Shown here one piece after another: positions 1 to 5,770 of a stretch of DNA of 8,339 nucleotides. Under the pieces are notes generated by a model. That model made no database searches. It had not been told where the DNA came from and saw only the letters and a list, made by a program, of their open reading frames with translations. A program made the translations under genes and the position numbers. The stretch is from contig JAGLRQ010000083.1 of the NCBI GenBank assembly GCA_023136205.1, positions 1 to 8,339 of the forward strand, given 5' to 3'. The first letter of the stretch is position 1, and each line of letters begins with the position of its first letter. The stretch comes from Candidatus Auribacterota bacterium. Lineage in GTDB: Bacteria > Auribacterota > UBA6266.

Positions 1-312
1 AATAACAGATTGCTATCGCAAAAGCTATCCATGGACAAAATAATTTCTGTGTGATTACTTCAAACCAATTACAAGTGGGGCCGCTATTGATAGCAATTCT
101 AGTACTGGTACACTTCACCCAATATTGGCGCTATTTTTATCCCCGAATGCTTTAATTCATACCATGTCCCATTTTGTTGCAATATTTTGTAACTCGCTGC
201 TGTTCAAAAAAATAGCCCTTGTCCCCTACATTGAGACTGCACCAATATGAAGCATTTGGTGGTAACAACAACAGGGAATTTATCCAATTCTTGTAATCAT
301 TAGGATCTTAGA

Positions 313-340
313 AAAAGGCGGCTTAAAACCGCCTTTTGTT
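313..340 (+). terminator. Rho-independent terminator-like hairpin. It reads similarly on both strands.
   Basis: A 9-bp stem AAAAGGCGG (313-321) pairs with CCGCCTTTT (329-337) around the 7-nt loop CTTAAAA. It is followed by TTTTGTT on the + strand. The complement also carries a T5 run. It lies immediately upstream of the promoter for the 384 gene. Confidence 0.7.
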
Positions 341-350
341 AAGTTTTAAG

Positions 351-378
351 TTGATAAAACCAAATTATATGTTATATT
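351..378 (+). promoter_or_regulatory. Sigma70-like promoter for the PDZ-protein gene
   Basis: -35 TTGATA (351-356), 16-nt spacer, -10 TATATT (373-378). Only 5 nt separate the -10 from ATG 384, and there is no Shine-Dalgarno sequence. Confidence 0.45.
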
Positions 379-383
379 TTCCT

Positions 384-1205
384 ATGAAAAAAACCATTTT
401 TATGTCCGCCATCATTACACTACTTCTTATTAGCAATTTTCCTTGCCAGAATTCCTATGCTGATTGTTCCATCGGTATTACAATAGAAAGCCAAAATGGT
501 AATATAGTAATAATCGGCTTTTCCGCTATCTCCAAAGATGAAAACAAAAGCCCCGCAAAAAAAGCACGCCTTAAAAAAGGAGACATCCTAAAAGAAATAA
601 ACGGCACGATAGTCAGTAATCCTTTAGATGTGCATAAAGCGCTGAAAAACATCTTCCCGGGAGCAACAATTACAGTAAAAATAGAGCGCTCGGGAAAAGA
701 AAAAACCTGCAGAATCAAAACTGTGAAAAATCACCGTCCGGACGTATATGTTATAATAGATATTTTAGAAAAAGGCAAAAACGTTTCGTTAGCTATTATA
801 GTAGGCAATGTATCAAATGCAATGGATACTTCCTCCTTTGACATAAACGAATGGAAATCCGGGATTTCAACACTCATGGTAAATAAACTTGAATCCGGGT
901 TCATGGTTTATCAAAATCGATATAATAACCTTTCTCTGGTAGACAGAAATAAAATCCGGGCTATTTTAGATGAGCTAAATTTTCAATCCACCGGTTACAT
1001 CTCAGAGAACACAAGAACCAAAATAGGAAAATTAACCGGGGCCACTCATATAGTAGTGGCGGATTTCAACAGGTTTAGTAACCCCCCCGGCTTCATAGAC
1101 GTTGTTTCAAGAAAATTAATCGACATAAAAACTGGAATAATTCTGGCAAGTATTTCCAGCCAGCATTTTTATAACTCCAATGGGAATTGCACAAAGATTG
1201 AGTAA
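384..1205 (+). CDS. Secreted or periplasmic PDZ-domain protein with a C-terminal CsgG/LpoB/FlgO-like alpha/beta domain
   Basis: The track ORF 336-1205 begins at a TTG. The ATG at 384 gives a classic signal peptide, MKKTIFMSAIITLLLISNFPCQNSYA. PDZ signature: SPAKKARLKKGDILKEINGTIVSNPLDVHKALKNIFPGATITVKIERSGKE (about nt 474-722). The C-terminal half (about nt 783-1155) has the CsgG-family-like pattern LVDRNKIRAILDELNFQSTGYISENTRTKIGKLTGATHIVVADF...RKLIDIKTGIILAS. Confidence 0.85.
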   Translation: MKKTIFMSAIITLLLISNFPCQNSYADCSIGITIESQNGNIVIIGFSAISKDENKSPAKKARLKKGDILKEINGTIVSNPLDVHKALKNIFPGATITVKIERSGKEKTCRIKTVKNHRPDVYVIIDILEKGKNVSLAIIVGNVSNAMDTSSFDINEWKSGISTLMVNKLESGFMVYQNRYNNLSLVDRNKIRAILDELNFQSTGYISENTRTKIGKLTGATHIVVADFNRFSNPPGFIDVVSRKLIDIKTGIILASISSQHFYNSNGNCTKIE

Positions 1206-1231
1206 TAAAATGAAATTTCGGTACTTTTTGT

Positions 1232-1259
1232 TTGTTTTAAAACTGTATTCAGGTATAAT
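1232..1259 (+). promoter_or_regulatory. Possible internal promoter in front of the 2-TM protein gene
   Basis: Perfect -10 TATAAT (1254-1259) lies exactly 6 nt before ATG 1266. The -35 TTGTTT (1232-1237, 16-nt spacer) is weak. No Shine-Dalgarno sequence is present. Confidence 0.35.
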
Positions 1260-1265
1260 CTCCCT

Positions 1266-1802
1266 ATGAAAATCTATCCTATACTCATTGCCATACTCTT
1301 GTTCGTATTCATAACCCTGGCAATTATCTTCATGGGTATAGGTCTGGATGAAAAACAGTTTATTGCTGCCATAGTTCCCCTGTTTATCTTAATTCTCGGA
1401 TCCTATATCCTCTACCTAAACAGAGAATTGGGCAGCTCTCATGACGACATCAGAATATATGAACTTCACGTGAAAAGATATCCTGTTTATGAATCACTTA
1501 TGAGATTGATGAGTAACATAATTATTCGAAGCAGTATCAATCAGGATGAAGTAGATAAGTTTACTGAACTCAAAAGCAAAAGCATCTCCATCTTTAGTCC
1601 GGAGATTCAGGAGTACATAGGAGTAGTTTGTAAAAAGGCAAATGAACTACATAAAGTTAACAGCATGCTGTTCAACATTCTCACTTCCACCGAAAAAGAA
1701 AAGCTGCTAAACCACAGGCGGGATCTTTTTGAATGGTTCACAGAACAAGTTACCAATAAATCAAGAGGGGTTTTTGAAAAATCTCTAGAGCTTAAAAGTT
1801 AG
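1266..1802 (+). CDS. Hypothetical membrane protein with two N-terminal TM helices and a helical soluble domain
   Basis: 178-aa ORF. Hydrophobic segments are IYPILIAILLFVFITLAIIFMGIGL and FIAAIVPLFILILGSYILYL. The remaining ~120 aa are charged and helical-looking. I recognise no family motif. Confidence 0.75.
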   Translation: MKIYPILIAILLFVFITLAIIFMGIGLDEKQFIAAIVPLFILILGSYILYLNRELGSSHDDIRIYELHVKRYPVYESLMRLMSNIIIRSSINQDEVDKFTELKSKSISIFSPEIQEYIGVVCKKANELHKVNSMLFNILTSTEKEKLLNHRRDLFEWFTEQVTNKSRGVFEKSLELKS

Positions 1803-1824
1803 GGTCTTTCCCCTCAGCTTAATT

Positions 1825-2223
1825 TCAATCTTCCCAGAATTTTCGGTAGCACTCAAGCGAAAGTTCCTCATTAACAAATTTTAATGCTCGTTTTTTCGCG
1901 CTTTCAAAAAATTCCTCACCGAGTTCCTTTACCGCCGGGCAATCTTCGTCAACTTCCAGTGCTAATTTACCATCACGATCAACGGATGGATAAAGAGGAT
2001 ATATTCTGCAGATTGTAGGGCGCACATCATGTATCACACACTGAAAGTCTTTATAAAACGGGCAGGGGTCTCCTTCAATAACACAGTAACCATCTTCCAT
2101 ATTAAGATAATGGCCATAGCCCTTTTGCTCCAGGGTTTTTTGTTCCTCTTTATTAAGAACAAAAAAACCGTTGCAACAGGGTTCCTCACATTTCTTACAA
2201 AATTCTAAAAAATCTGTACTCAT
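1825..2223 (-). CDS. YkgJ/UPF0153-family cysteine-cluster (putative Zn/Fe-S) protein, downstream paralog
   Basis: 132-aa ORF. N-terminal C-x2-C-x3-CC (CKKCEEPCC) is followed by conserved Cys residues in YCVIEGDPCPF, QCVIHDVRPTICRIYP and EDCP. This matches the CxxCxxCC-type cluster family. It is a paralog of 2284-2703. Confidence 0.85.
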   Translation of the reverse strand: MSTDFLEFCKKCEEPCCNGFFVLNKEEQKTLEQKGYGHYLNMEDGYCVIEGDPCPFYKDFQCVIHDVRPTICRIYPLYPSVDRDGKLALEVDEDCPAVKELGEEFFESAKKRALKFVNEELSLECYRKFWED

Positions 2224-2283
2224 AACATTAAATAGACGGTATTAAGTTTTTGATATCTCACAGGACTGTTGATCTTCAGTGTT

Positions 2284-2703
2284 TCAGCAGTATGCTTCTT
2301 CGTCTTCTTCTTCCCAGAATTTTTGATATGCTTCTATGGAAATTTCCTCGTGTATGTACCGCTTGGCTTTCTCTTTCGCTTTTTCAAAATATTCTTTTCC
2401 GAGTTCTTTCGCGGCAGGACAATCTTCTTCCAACTCAAAGTCAAGCTTTCCATCCTCGTCGACAACGATGTAAAGGGGCCATAATCTGCAGACCACGGGC
2501 CTTATCTCATGGATAGAACACTTGTCCTCTTTAAAAAACGGGCACGGGTCTCCCTCAAAAACACAGTAGTTATGTTTTTCCTTAATGTGACGTTCGTGCC
2601 CGTTTTCCCACAGGATATCTTTTTCCTTCTGGCTCAGGATAAAAATTCCGTTACAGCATTTCTCATCGCACTTCGCGCATATTGACGCAAAATCTTCGCT
2701 CAT
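2284..2703 (-). CDS. YkgJ/UPF0153-family cysteine-cluster protein, upstream paralog with an acidic C-terminal tail
   Basis: 139-aa ORF containing CAKCDEKCC, YCVFEGDPCPF, KCSIHEIRPVVCRLWP and EDCP. The Shine-Dalgarno AGAGG sits about 6 nt upstream of the ATG. The C-terminus is EEEDEEAYC. Confidence 0.87.
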   Translation of the reverse strand: MSEDFASICAKCDEKCCNGIFILSQKEKDILWENGHERHIKEKHNYCVFEGDPCPFFKEDKCSIHEIRPVVCRLWPLYIVVDEDGKLDFELEEDCPAAKELGKEYFEKAKEKAKRYIHEEISIEAYQKFWEEEDEEAYC

Positions 2704-2741
2704 AATTACCTCTTAAATTCTAAATACTCAATAAATAGAAG

Positions 2742-2769
2742 ATTATACTGAAATTTGCGGATTTGTCAA
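2742..2769 (-). promoter_or_regulatory. Consensus sigma70 promoter driving the YkgJ paralog pair
   Basis: The minus strand reads TTGACA (2769-2764), a 16-nt spacer, then TATAAT (2747-2742). Both hexamers are perfect consensus. The promoter lies about 40 nt upstream of ATG 2703 and just downstream of the PHP gene stop. Confidence 0.65.
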
Positions 2770-2784
2770 TAAGAGGAACTCTCC

Positions 2785-3549
2785 CTACAGCTTAAAATCT
2801 TTCGGGAGCTTTCCCTCCTTTTTAAGCCGTAAAAATTTCTCTTCCGGGCTTCCCAGAAAAACATGCTTTAAATATTTGCGTTTTGATAAAATTTCTTTGA
2901 ACAATTCGATATTTGGAAGAGGTGGTGCGACATGCTCGACTCTCCCTGATTTTATTCCATCTATAATACCATCAACAGATGCCTCTTGTACATATACATA
3001 CGAATAATTCTTCCCAAACATACTCAATGTGTGGCAATCCGAAAAAGACAAAAGCGGCAGATTATATTTTTTAGCCGTACTAAAGGCTTTCTTATTGGGG
3101 TTTAGCCAACTTGTAAAAAAGTGGCTTATTTCCACAGCGTCAAAAAGAGAAATGTTCTTTACCAGGTCTCCCTTTAAACATTTTCCTACCCAGTAATATG
3201 GATGGGCAGCTACCACAAGATTGCTTGTATCTTTAAGTTTTTTAATATCATCAAACGTTTCAATATCGTACTGATGCGCAAAATTATATAAAAGAACATG
3301 TCTCCTCTGCACACACATTTCAATCCCCGGCACAAGGATTATCCCCTTCCCGGACGCATATTCAGAATACTCGCGTACATCACACCATGTCGAATGGTTC
3401 GTAAACGAGATTGCACCAAAAGCAAGCTGTGCAGCCCTGTCAATATACTGTTCTGGAGTCGGGAGCTTATCCCCCTCCATCACCCCCCCAACATAATCAG
3501 AGGTACTGTGAATATGACAATCTATCTTCAGTTTTATAAAACCTTCCAT
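2785..3549 (-). CDS. PHP-domain (polymerase/histidinol-phosphatase family) metal-dependent phosphoesterase
   Basis: 254-aa ORF. The N-terminal DCHIHSTSD motif, later AAHPYY and SDCHT match the conserved His/Asp metal ligands of PHP domains. Confidence 0.88.
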   Translation of the reverse strand: MEGFIKLKIDCHIHSTSDYVGGVMEGDKLPTPEQYIDRAAQLAFGAISFTNHSTWCDVREYSEYASGKGIILVPGIEMCVQRRHVLLYNFAHQYDIETFDDIKKLKDTSNLVVAAHPYYWVGKCLKGDLVKNISLFDAVEISHFFTSWLNPNKKAFSTAKKYNLPLLSFSDCHTLSMFGKNYSYVYVQEASVDGIIDGIKSGRVEHVAPPLPNIELFKEILSKRKYLKHVFLGSPEEKFLRLKKEGKLPKDFKL

Positions 3550-3629
3550 AAGAGTTCATATATTGACTCCTTTAAACTAAAATGTCAAAGGGAAAATGAG
3601 GTGTTAATACACCGTTTTTATAAAATCAC

Positions 3630-3657
3630 TTAACATTCATTTCTTTTCATGTATAAT
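3630..3657 (+). promoter_or_regulatory. Sigma70 promoter for tRNA-Ser
   Basis: -35 TTAACA (3630-3635), 16-nt spacer, -10 TATAAT (3652-3657) preceded by TG. The predicted transcription start is about 5 nt before the mature tRNA 5' end. Confidence 0.6.
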
Positions 3658-3668
3658 GTCCTAGGTTT

Positions 3669-3756
3669 GGAGAGGTGTCCGAGTGGCTTAAGGAGCACGC
3701 TTGGAAAGCGTGTGTACCGCAAGGTACCCAGGGTTCAAATCCCTGCCTCTCCGCCA
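3669..3756 (+). tRNA. tRNA-Ser (anticodon GGA), type II with a long variable arm and genomically encoded CCA
   Basis: Acceptor GGAGAGG pairs with CCTCTCC. Anticodon stem CACGC/GCGTG carries the loop TTGGAAA, giving anticodon GGA. The variable arm is GTACC-GCAA-GGTAC. The T-arm is CAGGG-TTCAAAT-CCCTG. Discriminator G is followed by CCA. Confidence 0.96.
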
Positions 3757-3789
3757 GTTCTTTAAAACAGAATGTTCTATTTAATTTTT

Positions 3790-3798
3790 TGGGATAAT
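3790..3798 (+). promoter_or_regulatory. Possible extended -10 promoter for the helicase gene
   Basis: TGgGATAAT lies about 37 nt upstream of ATG 3835, with no convincing -35. There is no strong terminator after the tRNA, so co-transcription is also possible. Confidence 0.3.
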
Positions 3799-3834
3799 AG
3801 GTCTCTGTCACTATTCATAGGGAGTTAAGATATC

Positions 3835-5055
3835 ATGACAAAAAAAGCGAGAACAAATGTTTCTTTTGACGGGCTGGGCATCGCCCCGAAAACACTCGAA
3901 GTGTTGGATCGACTGAAGTTTACTCACCCGACCCCGATCCAGTATAAAGCTATCCCCATCGCTATAAACGGTACTGATATTATCGGGGTGGCCCAAACTG
4001 GCACAGGCAAAACCCTGGCTTTTGCTATACCCGTTATTCAGCGTCTTGCCCGCAAGGGACAGTGTCTAGTACTCGTTCCTACCAGAGAATTAGCTCTACA
4101 GGTAAATGAGACCTTCCAGAAGATAGCGCCCTTATTCGGCATAAAGACTGTGGTTATTATAGGAGGAGTTCCTATACGAACCCAGCTGAATGCCCTAAAA
4201 AAGAATCCGCGTATTATTATTGCCACGCCCGGGCGGCTTGTCGACCATATAAAGCAAAGGACAATGCGTTTGAATGAAGTTGAAGTCCTTATCCTGGACG
4301 AAGCTGACAGAATGCTGGATATGGGTTTCAAGCCGGATATAGAACGCATCCTTAAGTTCGTCCCCAAAAAAAGGCAGACTATGCTTTTTTCGGCGACGAT
4401 ACCCGGGGAAGTCGTGTCAATAGGGGCCACACATATGAAGCTTCCCGTCCATATCGAGGTTGCGCCGTCAGGAACCGCCGCGGAACGTATTATCCAGGAG
4501 TTATTCATCGTAAAAAAAGAAACCAAAAAGGAACTGTTGGCTAAACTGCTCAATCAGTACCGCGGTTCGGTGCTGCTTTTTTCACGGACAAAAAGGGGGG
4601 CGAGCAAGACCAGACGCCTGATCAAAGCAATGGGGCATAACGTGGCGGAGATACATTCGGACCGTACACTTGGACAGCGGAGGGAAGCACTTGAGGGTTT
4701 TAAAACGGGGAAGTACCGGATACTTGTCGCGACCGATATAGCGGCCAGAGGAATAGATGTTATCGGTATAGAAACGGTTATAAATTACGATCTGCCAGAC
4801 GATGCGGAGAATTATGTGCATAGAATCGGACGCACAGGCCGGGCCGGGCATAAAGGGCGCGCTATCTCATTCGCTACCCCGGAACAGGGCAAAGATATAC
4901 GCAACATCGAGAACCTCATAAAGGCGGCCTTACCCATCTTGGCGCATCCCGAACTTCCGCGTGAGAAATTCATAACCCTGAGGGGGTCCCAGAGCAGAAC
5001 CCGGGGTTCGGCAAAGAAGAGAAGTAAAAGCAGCTCCTTCCGTAAACGCAAGTGA
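3835..5055 (+). CDS. DEAD-box ATP-dependent RNA helicase (RhlE-like) with a basic C-terminal tail
   Basis: The full motif set is present: Q-motif FTHPTPIQ, I AQTGTGKT, Ia PTRELA, Ib TPGR, II DEAD, III SAT, V ARGID, VI HRIGRTGRAG. The tail is RGSAKKRSKSSSFRKRK. The Shine-Dalgarno AGGGAG lies 10 nt upstream. Confidence 0.97.
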   Translation: MTKKARTNVSFDGLGIAPKTLEVLDRLKFTHPTPIQYKAIPIAINGTDIIGVAQTGTGKTLAFAIPVIQRLARKGQCLVLVPTRELALQVNETFQKIAPLFGIKTVVIIGGVPIRTQLNALKKNPRIIIATPGRLVDHIKQRTMRLNEVEVLILDEADRMLDMGFKPDIERILKFVPKKRQTMLFSATIPGEVVSIGATHMKLPVHIEVAPSGTAAERIIQELFIVKKETKKELLAKLLNQYRGSVLLFSRTKRGASKTRRLIKAMGHNVAEIHSDRTLGQRREALEGFKTGKYRILVATDIAARGIDVIGIETVINYDLPDDAENYVHRIGRTGRAGHKGRAISFATPEQGKDIRNIENLIKAALPILAHPELPREKFITLRGSQSRTRGSAKKRSKSSSFRKRK

Positions 5056-5066
5056 TACAATATCTA

Positions 5067-5636
5067 TTAATTAAACTTAACCGCAGGAACTTTTGAGGCA
5101 GATTCTTCGGCTTCAAAGTATACTGCCGGCTCAGTAACACCCGCTTGTGCGGCAAAAAACCGGCCAAAGAACAAACGTTGAAACCGATTAAAATCCTTGA
5201 CCGCACGATTGTAACGCATGCGCTCAACAGCAATTCTATTCTCTGTTCCTTCTAACTGCGACTGCAACGCCAAAAAGTTCTCATTTGATTTTAATTGAGG
5301 GTAGTTTTCAGCAACTAACAGAAGGCGTGAAAGCGCGCCACTCATCGCGTTAGCATTTTCTATTTTGCTTCCGACAGAAGCAGATTTCCCCCATTGGCTT
5401 CTTAAACGGGTTACTTCTGTAAAAACTTCTTTTTCATGAGAAGCAAAACCTTTAACAGTATTTACCAGATTGGGAATCAGATCATTTCTTCTTTGCAGCT
5501 GGTTTTCAACTTGTGCCCAGCCGGATTTTACCTCTTCATCTTTGGCAATAGCCTGGTTATAACCATTTTTATACCAGCCAAAAAGTATCATAGCTAAAAC
5601 TAAAAAAATTCCCAGTATAATCCAAATTTTTTTCAT
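5067..5636 (-). CDS. lemA: LemA-family membrane protein
   Basis: 189 aa with an N-terminal TM helix (IWIILGIFLVLAMILFGWY). Typical LemA blocks follow: YNQAIAKDEEVKSGWAQVENQLQRRNDLIPNLVNTVKGFASHEKEVFTEVTRLR and ENYPQLKSNENFLALQSQLEGTENRIAVERMRYN. The Shine-Dalgarno AAGGAG lies 7 nt upstream. Confidence 0.95.
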   Translation of the reverse strand: MKKIWIILGIFLVLAMILFGWYKNGYNQAIAKDEEVKSGWAQVENQLQRRNDLIPNLVNTVKGFASHEKEVFTEVTRLRSQWGKSASVGSKIENANAMSGALSRLLLVAENYPQLKSNENFLALQSQLEGTENRIAVERMRYNRAVKDFNRFQRLFFGRFFAAQAGVTEPAVYFEAEESASKVPAVKFN

Positions 5637-5654
5637 TTCGTTACTCCTTAATGA

Positions 5655-5691
5655 GGCCGCAACTTATGGCGCGAACATAAGTTGTCTGGCC
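5655..5691 (-). other. Stem-loop A in the TPM-LemA spacer
   Basis: CAACTTATG (5660-5668) pairs with CATAAGTTG (5676-5684) around the loop GCGCGAA. The stem is extended by GGCC (5655-5658) pairing with GGCC (5688-5691). No U-run follows on the transcribed strand. The LemA Shine-Dalgarno begins about 5 nt after the stem. Confidence 0.6.
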
Positions 5692-5697
5692 GAATTA

Positions 5698-5758
5698 ATC
5701 CCGCTAAGTGTAGAAAAATTATCGCATGAGAATTTTTCTACATCTCGCGAAGCGGGAT
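5698..5758 (-). other. Stem-loop B, a two-tier hairpin in the TPM-LemA spacer
   Basis: The outer stem pairs ATCCCGCT (5698-5705) with AGCGGGAT (5751-5758). The inner 11-bp stem pairs GTAGAAAAATT (5710-5720) with AATTTTTCTAC (5731-5741). The loop is ATCGCATGAG. Confidence 0.6.
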
Positions 5759-5770
5759 ACTCTTTCAAGC

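Noticed and set aside
247-340. Thr-rich micro-ORF (VVTTTG) plus a downstream hairpin as a threonine attenuator
   Set aside because: It has only three Thr codons, no alternative antiterminator pairing that I could find, and no Shine-Dalgarno. The downstream gene is an envelope PDZ protein unrelated to Thr metabolism and appears to have its own promoter after the hairpin.
336-383. TTG-initiated 5' extension of the first ORF (MLSFKLIKPNYMLYFP...)
   Set aside because: The extension overlaps the terminator hairpin and the predicted promoter. The ATG at 384 gives a textbook signal peptide (MKKTIF...), so the shorter CDS is preferred.
455-718. 87-aa minus-strand ORF inside the PDZ gene
   Set aside because: It is antisense to a region with a clear PDZ signature, and its own translation has no recognisable features. 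It is a shadow ORF.
2250-2516. Two overlapping + strand ORFs (2250-2516 and 2269-2484)
   Set aside because: Both are antisense to the well-supported YkgJ paralog and have F/L-rich, low-complexity translations. They are shadow ORFs.
3550-3590. TTGACA (3588-3583, minus strand) as a -35 for the PHP gene
   Set aside because: The best -10 candidates at proper spacing (CAATAT, TATATG) are weak or 20 nt away. This is plausible but not supportable enough to list as a feature.
3298-3633. 111-aa + strand ORF
   Set aside because: It is mostly antisense to the PHP-domain gene, whose catalytic motifs are clear, and it runs through the divergent promoter region. It is not supported.
3669-3756. tRNA-Ser as an integration site for a genomic island
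   Set aside because: No direct repeat of the tRNA 3' end occurs elsewhere in the window. There is no integrase, and the flanking genes (PHP, DEAD-box helicase) look like housekeeping genes.
3811-5233. Minus-strand ORFs 3811-3996, 4038-4553, 4582-4851, 4812-5060 and 4970-5233
   Set aside because: All are antisense to the DEAD-box helicase, which has a complete motif set, or to lemA. Their translations are Arg/Ser/Pro-rich with no motifs.
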